64,000 nucleotides of DNA from Podarcis erhardii. Taxonomy: Eukaryota. Both the position numbers and the translations under genes were made by a program. The notes below the pieces were generated by a model. The model was not told the DNA's origin. It ran no database searches and saw only the letters and a list, made by a program, of their open reading frames with translations. Shown here piece after piece: positions 45,051-58,171 of this stretch (position 1 is the stretch's first letter; each line of letters opens with the position of its first letter). Location: the NCBI GenBank assembly GCA_964252035.1, contig OZ176205.1. One strand, written 5' to 3'.

Positions 45051-48000
45051 GGTCAGCTCAGTTTGTGTTTCAGAGAATGTCCAGCAGAGGTGTGCAAGCG
45101 CTGTCTCTTCCATTGGTTTTGATTCCCTTGGGAGTTGTGAAGCAGAGGCTGGGTGGCCATCTGTCTGGGATGCTTGAGCTGAGATTCCTGCATTGCAGGG
45201 GGCTGGACTGGATGACCCTCGGAGTCCCTTCCAACTTTACAATTCTGTGACCACCACAAGAACCAGTCCACAGGAGAGAGGCTTGCTTTTGTGGATAGGA
45301 GGGCTTGCTTGGCGAGGAATTGAGGCAGGAGGGCAGGGGAATCTCCCCAGAGAACGCCACTCACTGCAGTTCTTTCACACACTGGTGGGGAATCTGAAGG
45401 CTTAAAGGACATATATTGGGGACTGATAGACCTTCTGTCCTGCAGAAGCATGGAGGGCACAGTGAGGGATGGACGCCCCTTGCTCCCAGGCCAATGCTGG
45501 GGAGGCAGATTTGCTTTGGGTGCCTCAGCAGGAATCTGTGGGGGCAGAACCCCAAAGGGAGCCCCCACTGGTGCCCCTGAGCAGCAGCAGAGAGCAGGAA
45601 GGGCCCTGCAGAAACCTTTTCCCAGGCGGACGCCACGGCTGGCGCAGCTGCCTCCCTGCTCATCAATCACGCGGACAAGGTGGGCGGGGAGGCGGGCACA
45701 GAGGCTGCAGATCCCCTGGCAACAAGGCTGGCTCCCCATCCCCGGCAGGCAGCTCCCAAGCACGTCAGAAGAGCCTGCAGCAGGATCAGGTCACCCAGCC
45801 CAGCATCCTGTTCTCACCGTGAATGGTGGCCCAGTGACTGCCTATGAGAAACCAGCAAGCAAATCCTGAGCAGAAGAGCCCTCTCTCCTCCTGCAGTTTC
45901 CGGCAGCTGGGATACAGAAGGACTGCTGGTGTAATGTAGGAGGAGGCTGAAGGCCGGGGGTCTTCATTGCAGGGTCCCCCCTGTGTTCTGCAAGGCAAAG
46001 CAGGGAAGGGGTGCAGTGCCCCAGGCTGCTCTGGTATGGCACCGGAGGCTTCCCCAGGCCACACTGGCATCTCCCTTCTGCCAAGGAGCAGGGCCACTGC
46101 TGGGCTGAATGGAAGAGGGCCCTTGAGAGCCCTGGCAAGGTGCCCTGGGTGAGGAGCAGCCTCTCTGGGCTCTGGCTGGGCCAGGAAACCCAGCCCAGCT
46201 ACCCCCTGGCACCAATGCTGGCTGGGTGGAAGGAGAGCATGGCTGCAGCAGAGTCAGGCCAACAGGGACCCATCTAGCCATAGAATCATAGCATTCTCAA
46301 GATGGAAGGGATCCCAGAAGTCATCGAGCCCACCCCCTGAAGTGCAGGAATCTCCGCTAGATCATATACAACAGATGACCACCTACCTCTGCTCAAAACA
46401 CCCAGCATCCAGTTCTCTCAGCGGCCAACCAGACACCTCTGGAAAACCAGGGAGCAGAATGCGAGCCCTTGCTTGCTTTTCAAGAAATGACATTCAGAAG
46501 CCCTGGGGGCTCCAGCTGGAGGGAGAGCCCAGCCGTCCTGGCTAGGAGCCCTCCCTGGATTGCTCCAACCCTCTTCCAAAGCCATTTCCGTCTTCTGGGG
46601 GAGCAAGTGCCCTGGTCTGCCTCTGCGCTGCATGAAAAAGGGCTTCCTTTTAGCTGCCCTGAATCTTCCCACATTATTATTATTAAATGTAGATGATGTC
46701 CATTATGGGAAGAAGCCCCCCAGAACACAGCAGCCCCCCCACCCCACTGCCTCCCTGGCAGGCACCCATCCCCCACTCCCACAGGGGCGGGTCAGGGGAT
46801 GGGAGACACCCCTTTCCTGGTGACTTCTGGGGGCAAGCCACCACTCCAGCAAGAGCTCCTCGCTTCTGGCTGAACTCTTCCTCTTCCTCTACGGGATAAG
46901 AAATAATCAAAACAAAAGACAACACAACCCCCCCCCCGCCTGCCCTGCGTTCAGCATCGGGACTCCTCTCCACGCCTGGGGCCAGGAAGCGCCTCTTCTG
47001 GGGTGTCTGCAGCCTCTTCAAACAGGCCTTGAGGAGTTCGTGTCCCGGTCCTTCAGTCAGAGCAGCTTTCCCAATGAGCAGGAGAGATGAAAGCAGCCTC
47101 TGCAAGTTGAAGGAAGCCTTTGACTTTCAATTCCGGCAGACAAAGGAGCAGAAAAAGAAAAGAGAGGTGGGGGGGGAGGAGAAGGCCAGGAGCAGCCACC
47201 GCCCAGCAAGAGGACTCCTGGGGGTGGGGTCCTGCCCACACAAAGTGGGGAGCCATCCGTGGAGACAGAGTTGGGGGGGGCAGGGTGAGCTGCTTCCTTT
47301 TGACAAGGAAGAGAGATGCATTTGGGGTCCTCAGGAATTCATGGCAGCAGCACCTGGAAGAGAAGTGGGTACATGGGGCTGTTTGCCAAGGCTGCCTCCT
47401 CCTGCCCCACAGAGCTCCCCCTGGGAATGGGGAGGAGGAGGGCCTCTTCCTCTCCTCAGCCCCTCCCAGAAGGCCCTGGCCAGGATGGCTCTGCTCTGCC
47501 TTCCCACCAGTGATGCTTCCGGGTACCATTCCCTGGAAGTCTTGCCCTCAAGTTCTCCCCTCTGGGGCACCTGCTGGGCTGCTGTGAGGAGAAGATGCTG
47601 GATCTGGACCAGTCTCAGGGCTCTTCTGATGAGGTGGGGAGAGGGGTAGCAGAGCCCTTTCCAATGCCACCTGGCTCCCCCTGGACAGAGCTGCTCCCGT
47701 CTCCTCTGACTGCCAAGGATATTAATTTGAGGAGGGGGTGCCTCTCATGCCCAGGAATGAGGACAGTCCTGGCTTGGGCCTCTTGGGCAGGATTTGAGTC
47801 TTAGGGGCAGCCCAGGAAGCATGGGCATAGCCAAGGGGGAGATCAAGTAAAACAATAGAAATACTTAACTGACCAATCACGTCGGTTCTGCCCCCCCAAC
47901 AAAAGTCCTGCCTCCCAACCAAGCCCTGCCCCCCCCAACATAAATCCTGGCTACACCCATGCTAGGACGGAGTTATATAAATTGTATGGCTCCCCCTTTC

Positions 48001-48419
48001 TCCTTCTCCCCTCCCTGGGACATCAAAGCTGCTCCTCCTCTTTCCTGAAAATTGGCTGGGGGGGGGGGCTCTCCCACATCCTTGCTTCTCCAGAATCACA
48101 GAAGTATGGAGCTGGAAGGGATCCTGAGGATCATCTAGCCCAGCCCCCCTGCAATGCACTAGACTAGAGCATTCCTGAGAGGTGGCCATGATCCGACCTC
48201 TAAAGGAAACCTCCAAGGTCGCCCAGTGGGAAAATAGTCAGCGGCAGAGCAGGAGGCTTTCCGGCATTAAGCCTTTTGGGGGAGGGGGCTGAAACATGGG
48301 GTAGCAGTGCGGGGGGGGGCAGGGAGGAGCAGCTGCTCCCTCAAATCAATAAAATGCAATAAAAATATATAGCAAACTGAGCTTCAGACCCCCCTAACAA
48401 AGGGATTGATTCCCCCCCC

Positions 48420-50450
48420 CCCCATTCCTGGCTACCCTCATGGACTGAAGCGCTGCGTTCCCCGTCGGAGGGCGAGTGGCTCCCGCCTGGCCCGCGAAGG
48501 AGACGCAGCCCCAGAGCGCGGAAAGGAGGCTGGACAGGCTCGTTGTCCTTGTGCCCGCAGGGGGCGCTGCGACACCGGCAGTGAGCGGCCTCTCGCCTGG
48601 CCCGACCCGCTCCTGGCCCACGGCGCGGCAAGCACCGTTCACACGTGACGCAGAATCAACACTGGGCAGCCAAGCCGCGCTCCACTGCCGCCGTTCCCGC
48701 GTGACACGCGTTTACTTGCTTCGTCCTTAAAGGTAACTAACCCTGGAGAAACAGGCAGAGGTCTTGCTACTGGGCAGCTGCTCCTGCCGTTGGGGGGTCC
48801 GGAGGAGAGAGATTGGGGGCGGGGGGGGGCGCCAGAGGCGGCTCTCGGCCACGGCGCCCATGAAAGACTCGGTTTCCGTCCCGCCCGACACCCTCGGGCG
48901 CTTAGCCCTCGAGGAAGCGCGGACTGGGACCCCTAAGAAGAATGATGGGCGTGCTCTTGAGCGCGTGCAGAGCGCTCAGCTTTCCGCGCTGAAAGAGCGG
49001 AGCAGGCGGAGGAGCTTGTGCACCCGGGCAGCCTCTTTTTGCGCAGAAAGCGCGGGTTGTTTGGCGACGGGGAGGGCGCCCGCCGCGTGGGCTCGACGGG
49101 GCACAGCGGGCAGAGCACGAAGGCGAGCAGCGCGGCGCCCCGTCGCCGCTGGAGGGAGCCAAAGAGCCGCCGTGGAAGAGCCGCCGTCGGCGCCAGAGGG
49201 CGCCAGGGAGCGGGCGCAGCCCCTCCGGTTGCCGGCGGGGGGCGGGGGGCGGGGGGCGGGCGGAGAAGGGCCCCGGGCGGCGGAGAAGCCGGGCCGGAGC
49301 GGGGCGCAAGAGGCTCTCTCCTCCGCCTCCTGCTCGTCCTGCGGCGGCGCCAGCCCCGGCCACCCCACCCGTCCCCGGGGCTCCGTGCCGGGTGCCGCCC
49401 CGCCGCCCGCCCAGCTCCCTCCTCCGCGCGCCGCCGCCACCTTCGTCCCCGGCGGCGGGCGAAGCTGGGCTCGGGGATCCCCGGGCCGTGCGCTCTGCGC
49501 GCTCCAGCCGCGCCGGGGCTGGGCGAGGCGAAAGGAGGGCTGGCCTCGCGCCGCGCCGACTGCAGCTCGCCTCGCCTCGCGCTCCGCCCGTCGCCGCCGC
49601 CGCCGCCACCGCGGCGCTGAGCCGGTGCCGATGCCGCCGCCACGAGAGGAGCTGTCGCCGGAGCATCGCCCGCCCCCCAGGTAAGAGCAGCCGCCGCCGT
49701 CGTGCCGGGAGGTGGGCGCCCGCCCCGTCGGGCAGCAGCGGAGGGCGTCGCCGCCGCCGAGGAGCGCAACTTTCCGCCGCCGCTCGGCAAACTTTGGCGC
49801 CGCTTCCGCCGCTCTCGTCGCCGGCGCTGCTCCCGGAGGAGACGGCCCCAGGCCCCTTGGTGGGCTGGGGGCGTCGCTGGGCCCCTGTCCCTCGGGGCGG
49901 CGCCCCCTTTCGGGAAGGCGCGAGGCCCCTGTGGAGGGAACCCTTCGCCTTCCCCGCGCGCCCCTAGCCGGGCCTGCCGCCGCCAGGTAGCCTCGGGAGA
50001 AGAACCGGGCGCTCCGGTGCCAGGCCTTCGGGTGGGGCCCCCGTTAGTCTGCGGGGAGGGTCCCCCCGAAGCCTGGATTAAAAGCCCCTCTCTTTCCACT
50101 GCTGCTTCTCAGCCGGACCTACCTCGCAGGGGTGTCGCGGGGCTGGAAACGCTGCCTTCGCTCGCTCGGGAGCCGCGGCTTTCGAAAGCTCGCTTCTTGT
50201 TCCGACGGCAGCCACGGTTCGCTTCACGTCCCTCCCCGTCCCGCCTCCGGTCGCCCAGCAGAGGCCGGAGCCCGGCTGGTTGGCTAGGGACCCTCGCCCA
50301 GACTGGGGGGACATGGGCGGAACAGGGGGGTCCGCAAGCGGGGAGGGTCCTGGCCGGCTTGCCGTGGTTTGGATGTCCCAGCGCGATCGAGGGGGTCGGT
50401 TCCGGGGCTCTTGCCGGGAGGGGTCCCTTTGGAATTCTTGCTTGCCCCTC
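48420..50450 (+). promoter_or_regulatory. Large CpG-island promoter with a putative first exon ending at 49680 (probably CDH22, by synteny only)
   Basis: Very CpG-rich island with GCC repeats typical of 5' UTRs and a consensus donor CAG|GTAAGA at 49680/49681. E-box/CRE CACGTGACG at ~48641 and CTCF-like motifs at 48552 and 49190. Gene identity is inferred from the human order ELMO2-SLC35C2-CDH22; no cadherin coding sequence in the window. Confidence 0.6.
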
Positions 50451-53400
50451 CCGCCTCCCATGGGGTGTTTTTGGGCCTTGGAGGGAGGAACCCTGCCAGC
50501 CCTCCCCTGCATAACCAGGAGCCCCCCCACAAGAAGCATCCTGCCTTACCTAGACTCTGGGACGCCCCTTCACAATTCTTTGGGGAATGAGAGGTTGGGG
50601 GGCCGTCTCCTTGGGACATTTGGTTCTCTGGATGCTGTGGGGCATCTTTGGGATTCCCCCTGCTCTCCGGGGGGGGCGCACCCCACAGTTAGGAGAAAGT
50701 AATTTTGGGGAGGAGTCCTTAGCGAGGGTGGGGCATCTAAAGTGTGCCCAGCCAAAGGTGTGTGTGGGGGGGCTGACTGTGGCAGGGCCCACTCTCCCTC
50801 GATGCACCACTTTGGGGGGCGCTGGGCTGGACTGGTCAGCAGATGCCCCCCCCCCCAGGAAGGGGGCCACTGAGCCATTCTCTCTGTCTGCATGTGCTGT
50901 CTCTGGGGGGCCCTTCCTCTGGCGAAGAAGAGGAGCAAGTCCTGGTCGGGGGGGGGGTCCTGTGGGCAGGAGGACCAGGCAGTTCTTCACCTGAGCAAGC
51001 GTGGCCAGAGAGGGACCCCCGCCCGCCCCCGCTGGAGACTTCCAAGTCTTCTGCAGTGCCGCCCAGGTAGCACCAGGACCCCTCACCTGGATTGCAGGGG
51101 ATGCTTCTTGCGGAGGTCTAGGGGGGATTTACGCCCCCCCCCACGCACGATCCCCGTCCAGGTCTGCCCTCCTCTCCCCGCTCCGTCCCCGCCTGTGGAT
51201 GTTCCCAGTCCCCGCACGTGCGGATGAGAGGCAGAGACCAAGCCGTTCCATGTTTATTTTTAATCGGTTTCTGGTGAATTTGACTTTGATCTCCTGGCAA
51301 GGAGCTGCCGGGCTCTGCGGGGCTTCGGAGTCCGCTCGCTTCCCTCCATCTGCTGGACCCTCGCGAGGAGACCCTTCGGAGCGCTCCCCGGTCTCGGTAG
51401 GGGGAAAATAGCACATTTTTTTGGAGGGGGGAGGGAGGCTGCTGCTTTGGCTGACCTGCCGCTGCTCCTTCCAGAGACACCCGCCTCACATTGAGGGGGA
51501 AGAGCGGCTTTCCTTGGAGGAGGGGGCCCCCTCCCCCCCGCCTGGAGCAGCCCGTTGCCCCACAGCTTGTGGGGCGCTGGTGTCTGTGGAGCTGGGAGTT
51601 GGTGCTGCCGGGGGCACGCCTGCTCGTGCACCGGCAGGCGCGGAAGCGGCGAGGCTGGCGCTGCTTGGGCGTGCGAGCGCAGCAGCGGGCGGCCAAGTTG
51701 GGTGCGGATCAACTCTGCGCGGCCGCGGGAACTCCGCGCTCCGCCGGGCCGCTCTCCGGCGGCTGCCCCTGGATGGGTGAGTGGCTGCCCGCCCGCCCGC
51801 CCCCCGGCCGGGCCTTGCTGGGGGCAGGAGGGCGGCGGCTCTCTCTCTGGGCGCCGGGTTTGCCTTTGCGAGCGTGCCTTCTCCAGGTCTTTCCTGGAAT
51901 GGCAGAAGCGGGAAGGGGAGGCTGCAGCGCCCCTCATGTAGCTCCCGTGCCCTGGGGGGGGGGCTGCTGGCTTGCCCCCTTCGGCTTCCGAGTGGCGGGC
52001 AGGAGGAAGTCCTTGACTGGACCGCTTCTGGCTCCCAGAGTCAGGCTCTTAATATGAGGCAGCGGGGAAGAAAGCGGCAGATATAAATTTAATAAATAAG
52101 AACGCCTCTTTTGGCGGGCTCCAGCATGGGGTCTGTTGCCTGCTGAGGGGCTGTGCGCGCGTGTGTGTGCTTGGGCACGTGTGTGAGAGAGTGTGTGGCT
52201 GTGTCCACGCACGTGCCTGCCCACACCCGCCAGCACCCCCCCCCCTTGCACAGTGTTGTTGCTCTGTTCTTTGCGCTTGGGGGGGGGGGATGCGTTGCAA
52301 TGATCACCAGTGTGAGCGCTGTGCTTGGCGGTAGAACAATGTGGTGATGGATCCGCGGAGCTGAAAGGAGCCTCCATCTTCAGAGGCAGTCAATCTTTGA
52401 TTCTCAGGTGCTGGGAACACACAGCAGTGTGTCTTTGTGCCTGCCTGGGGGCTGTGGCTCAGGGACAGAGCAGGGGCCTGGCATGTAGAAGGTGCTCCAC
52501 AGCTGGAGACAGCACTGCCTCTGGAAACCGAGACTGGAAACCACGGAAGGGGAGAGCTGCTTTTGTGCTCTGGTCCATCTGGTTGGCCACTGTGAGAAGA
52601 GGATGCTGGGCTGGATGGGCCCCTGGCCGGATCCTGCAGGCTCTCCTTGTGTTCTTCTGCCTGGGTTCAGCCTCTGGGGTCCCCCGGCAGGCCTGGGAGA
52701 GACTGCTCTCTGAAGCCCAGGGAGCCCTTGCTGCCAGTCTGGCCTCGCCTCAAGTCTGCTCCCTGGGCTCCTATCCTGTTGGGCCTGGGAGGCCGCTTTC
52801 TAGCCAGACAACTCTTCCGCTCACAAGACCCAAGGAGGCACCCAAGTGGCTCTGGCCTGCTTGGCTGTGCCGCTTGAGCGAAGGTGCCCCCCCCCCGGCT
52901 GGGGCTGGAAGTGATCTCTCGTGGGGCGGGGAGACTCGCCCCTCTCAGAGGGGGCTTGGGGGTGCTTCTTGTGTGGGCGCAGCCGTCCCAGGCTTCCTTG
53001 TTCATGCCCACCTGGGGCTTCCTCCCTCTGGGCTTCAGGCTTTGCAAGAGTCCCACGGGAGCGATTCAGCTGAAGGAGGCACAATTGCCAGAAGCCACAC
53101 GGGGAAGGGTCCCTGGGGAGTTGGGAGAGGCAGAAGCAGTGCTGGCAAATGCCCGCTGCTCCTCGAGATGGAGGGGTGGGTGGCACCCAGCAGGGGAGGG
53201 GGAGCAGGGCAGTGGGAGGGAGCAGGGCCTGCGCTTTGGTGCTGAGCCTAGTGGGGCACAGTTGCTCAGGGCCATTTTCTGATGAGCTGGCAGAAACTCC
53301 TTTCCCCTTCCCTGTGCAATTCTGTGCTTCCTCTCTCCTGGCTTCTCCTGTTCCTGACCACTGGCAGATGCTTCCCTTGCATTCATGTTGGGTGACTTCT

Positions 53401-55176
53401 TGTTGCTTTAGAAGTCCCCGCATGGGAAGAATTGTTCCTTGGGCAGGGCATGCTTCAGGCTCTCTGAGTGAATCGATCAGCCTGGGGGGGGGGGCGTAAG
53501 GGGAGCCGGAGCCTGCCCCCAGACCAGGAAAGCCATGTGGGGGACCCTCAGTCTCAGAAGACTGCTGCCCCCACCCCAGCTGAGCTGGCAAGTTGGAGGC
53601 TGTAAATGCTTCTGAATCCCAGTTGCTGGAAACTGCAGAGGGGAGTGGGCTCTCGCACTCGGGTCCTGTCTGAGGGTTTCCCGTTGGGCCGCTATGGGAA
53701 GAGGACGCTAGACTAGGTCCCGCTGGGTCTTCTGATGTTCTGCTCCAGCAGTGGGTTGTCCTGGGCAGACGGCGGCCGCTCAACCTCTCTCAGCCCACCT
53801 GGTCCCTGTCATTGAAGGGGGTTGGACTGGATGTCCTCTGCAAGTCTAGGTGCTGGGGGAAATGGGGGTGCTGAGCCGCTCTAGAGGCTGCCAGTCTGGG
53901 CCCCGGAGGAGCATCCTGCAGGAGGCATTGAGAAGGAGAAGCGGTGAGGGAGGGGGAGGCTGCCTGCCCCCTCCTGCTCCATTTGGGTCCTTGGCCCGCT
54001 GACGACCACGCTGGGGGGCCCTTGTGGGTTATAAAGACTCTGCAGAGTTTCAGCCAAATGACAAGAGAGGATGTTGGCGCCGTGCCTGCTCCTGAATCAT
54101 TCATATTGGGTGATAAATTTGAAGAATTGTTGCCGTCTTGAAGCGGGTGAGGAAGAAGCTCCAGAGCAGGAGGTCAGGGAGTGGCGAGTTCACAGGAAAG
54201 ACTTGGGGTTCTTTAAGCAGGACAGGCTGGGGCTGGGCAGGGGGGGGGGCTCTCCTCCATCCCCAGGAGGGGAGCAGCTGCATGTCCCCAGCGTGTGTGC
54301 GGGGGGGGGGGGGAGATCCCTGGAGAAGGCTCCAGGGAAGCTCCTGGTGAGAGCCTGGGGCTCCAGGGCACTGGGTCTGGCACCCCACCCAGCAGGCTGG
54401 CAGGAGCCCTGGCAGTGCCCGCCTGAGCAGGGCTGGGACCAAGAGCAGCAGGGCAGGTATGAGGGGTTGGGCCCTGGTGGGTGGACTGTGGGCTGTCCTG
54501 AGAAGGAGCAGGTGGCCAGGATTTTGGGGAGGGACCTGAGAATGGCTTGCGGTTCTCCCATGAATCTCAAGGAGGGTTCGGGGGGGGGGGGAGAGACCTG
54601 GCCTGCTTGGGGGGGCCATGAAACCTCTGCTTCCACAGAAAGCCACAAACCTGTGGCTTAATGGGCACATGTTTTGCAGCTGGTTGCAGAAGCAGCGCAA
54701 GTTGCATAATGCCTTGCAAAGAGACTTTGCAAGGAGTCTGTTACTCAGGCGAAAGTTAGGGTGGGGACCTACCGGTAAATATGACTGTGTAGTTGATTGA
54801 CCTATGTTGAGAGGCCTGCATTGCAGGGGGTTGGGCTGGATGGCCCTTCCAGCACTAGAATTCTATGATTCCATAGAGCCACGGATGCTGAGGGCCACAT
54901 TAGGAACCCAAGGGCCAGAGTTAGCTGGAGAATTGATTGGCTGCCATGCTGTGAGCCCAAAAGCCCTCCATGGAAGGAAGGGGTGCTGGAATCGGGGAGC
55001 AGGCAGGTAGAAAAGGCAGGGAGGGAGAGGCAGGCTGGAGCAAGATTCAGGAGGCTTGCAAGGAAGGGCGGGCCTCCCTGGGGAGAGCATTCCACAAGGG
55101 GAGCCAGCACAGGAAAGGCCCTGTTCAGAAGCTTTGCTGCCTCCAACAGTGGAGACAGAACATACTCATCCTGTCT

Positions 55177-55240
55177 TTATTTTATTTTATTTTATTTTAT
55201 TTTATTTTATTTTATTTTATTTTATTTTATTTTATTTTAT
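55177..55240 (+). repeat. (ATTTT)n pentanucleotide microsatellite, probably the tail of a minus-strand retroelement (~55240-55380)
   Basis: Perfect TTTTA repeats seen directly. Confidence 0.9.
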
Positions 55241-57930
55241 TAATACCTCACCTTTCCCCCTGACAGGACTCAAGGTGGCTTGCAAGAACTGCTAAAAACA
55301 TAGAAAAACCAATCATTCAAATACAATTAAACATTGATAGAATTAAACTATGTATAAAATATGTTTAAAAACCATTAGTAGCCATCAGCAACCCTCTCTT
55401 GTGCCTGGATCCTGGCCATCTCTGACCACCCTGGTAGCCAAGTGCCTTCACTTACCGGTATTCCTGAATTGCAGGGGGTTGGACTAGATGACCCTAGGGG
55501 GCCCTTCAGACCCTACGATTCTAAGATTCTGAGTAAGTTTCATGGCAATAAGCATGATTAGGGTCAGGCTGCTGGGGAGTTGACAAGGGAAGAGCACCTG
55601 GAGCGTGTGGTGATGTTTGTAAGGCGAACCCCCCTCCCCGCGGCCCATTCCCTGGCTGAATGCTGCTTGCAGACCCCGCGGTCAGATCCCCAGTTGGCCT
55701 TGGCTTGCTCTCGGAGGCCTCTGCTCTGGATGAAGGCTTCGTGTTTATTTATTGTGTTTATTTCTCACCCTTTCCATCAAGGAGCTCAGAGTGGCAGACT
55801 TCTGGCCAGGCCTGGGGCTGCGGAGGGCTCCCTTCCCCCACTGGACTCTGTGCCGTGGGGCTCAGTGGCTCTGGGGCAGAAAGGGCACTCTCTTCCAGAG
55901 GCCCCCTTTGCCCACCCAGCCTGTTCTCCGAGAGGCTCCAACACGGTGCCTGGGGGAGGCAGAGGGTGGGCAGGCTCTGCATTTGGGTGCCCCCCTACCT
56001 GTCCTGTGAAGCCCCGTTGGAGCCTCAACCCCCCCCCCCACGCAGCCAGGGCTGGGCTGGCTTGCCTCTGGAAGCCCCTTTTGTGGCGGCTGTGGCATCC
56101 CTATGGCAACTGCAAGGCATGCTCAGGCAACGAGCCAAGTCTCGCTGCTTCCTGGGCTTGGGGGGGGGGGGCTGCCAGAAGCAGCAGGTTCAGCTCATTC
56201 TTCCGCAAACAATAGACCCACTTGGTCTCTGTCTCAGGAAGAAGCAGCTTTCTGCTGGGAGGGGTGGGGGGTGGGTGTCTCTGCCTGAGTCTGTGCCCCT
56301 GGGACTTTCTGAGCTAAGTGCCCATTTTGGGGAGCAAAGGGACCGCTGCCTCTTTTCAACAGGCCTGTCCCAACTATGGGGCGCCGCCACCTGATGACAT
56401 CGCCGTTGCCCCAGAAGTTGTCCCTGCTGACCGCTCTCTCCATTTCCGAATCCCTCCCCATGTTCTGCTGAAAACCCAGGAAGGTGAAATTCTACAGGCC
56501 CCACCCTCTGTGCAACAGTTTCCTCTCCCTCCCACCCCAGGCCAGAATTGGGTGCCTGAGCACCCTGGGCGTGAAATGGGGCTGGGGATGCAGAGGCCCA
56601 TCTCTTGCTGCTATTCTGGACAAGACCTTGTGGGTTTCCTCAGGGAGAGGTCCGTCTTCCTGGGTCCGTAAGCCTCTTGTGGCCCTGGAATGCCAGCACC
56701 TCTCCTGATGAAGAGAGGGCGACTTGAGCCCAGCAGCAGCTGCAGCAGCAGCTGTCCCAGGCCTATGCAGTTGCTGCTGTGCACCCCAGGGGCTTCCCCC
56801 CTCAGGAGCCAGGACGGGGCAGAGATGCCACCCTGACAAGGTGGTCCTGCCCTTTGCCAGCACAGTCCAGCTGTCCTGCAGAGCTGGCGGCGGCTGTGCT
56901 CTGGCCAGGTGACCCGCAGTGCCTGCTAACAAGCTGCCCGGAGGGTCACTGGCCTGCCCCCCGCTTTCTCGCTGGCTGTCTCGCTCGCTTGGGAGCTGAT
57001 GAGCCAGGGCCGGTCCAGGCTGCCGCTGCCTTGCTCTGGGTAATTAGTGCTGGACGGCAGGCAAAGTCTCTCCTCACAGCCAAAAGTGGATCCGTCAGCA
57101 GGCAAAGCTGCCCAGGCTGGGTCTGCTCCAAGGCTGGCGACCTGCACTCTTCCCCCCTCCCCCCGGGAGGGGGGCAGGGAGGCGGCTGGAGCGGATGCTT
57201 TCCAGTAAGTGGCCTGCTGAGTGCTGGCCTCTTTCCGAAGCTCTTGCCCCCAGCTCACAGCCCCCCTCCTGGAAACTCTGGGCCCTCCTGGGCGCCTGGT
57301 GCAGCACTGAGGAACTGGGGAGGGAGAAAGGGGCATTTTTTTGGGGGGGGGGAATTTGGCCTTTAAGATCCCAGGAGCCTTTTTGTTGTCACTCCTGATT
57401 CTGCAGAGGGGAAAAGGGGTTGGGGGGGCAAGAGGGGCACCCCTTTCTGATCCCAGCAGACACCCTAATGAACCTTCCAAGGCAGCAGCGTCTCTCCTTC
57501 TTGCCCCATCCCTTGCAGGAAGCATCACTGGCAGGCTGTGGGGCAGCCCACCCACTGCAGGCAAATGCTGGTCCCCAGATGCTGAGGGCTCCCAGCTTCC
57601 CTCTTCCTCCCCCCCCCCCGGGTGAAGCCTCCTGGCCAAGGGCTGTTTGGAGGGGGAAAGCAGGCAGGAAAGGGGAGGCTGCCCCCCCCATTTGCTCCAA
57701 ATGTTTTCTCCACCCCGGTGCCTCCTGACGCCTCTCTGGGGCATTGTGGTTTGGGGAGGCACATTTGCTTGCTCTCATTGTGATGCCAGTCCAAAAACCA
57801 CTGCAGGAGCCTTTGCATTATTATTCCAAAGTGGGGCCCGTTTCCCCTGGGGCTGCTTAGCTGGGTCTTCCCATATTGGAACTTTCTGCAGAAGGAGGGT
57901 AAATGGCAGCCTTCATATTTAAGCAGTGTA

Positions 57931-58171
57931 CAGTGGTACCTCAGTTTAAGAACAGCCCTGTTTAAGAACAAATCGGTTTACGAACTCTGCAAAACTGGAA
58001 ATAGTGTCCCGGTTTGCAAACTTTACCTCGGCCTAAGAACGGAAGCTGAACGGTGGAAGTGCACCAGCGGCGGTAGGCCTCATTAGGGAAGGCGCACCTC
58101 CGTTTAAGAACGGTTTCGGTTTAAGAACGGACTTCCGGAACGGATTAAGTTTGTAAACTGAGGTACCACTG
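57931..58171. mobile_element. Tc1/mariner (Tigger-like) MITE, copy B (241 bp)
   Basis: TA|CAGTGGTACCTCAGTTTA...TAAACTGAGGTACCACTG|TA: perfect TIRs of at least 18 bp and TA TSD. Confidence 0.92.

Noticed and set aside
48902-50514. Long ORFs (250-388 aa) on both strands of the large CpG island
   Set aside because: Same GC artefact; no recognisable protein.
52325-53783. 306-aa and 320-aa ORFs in the putative intron
   Set aside because: No domain-like composition or splice-defined exon structure; consistent with chance in GC-rich sequence.
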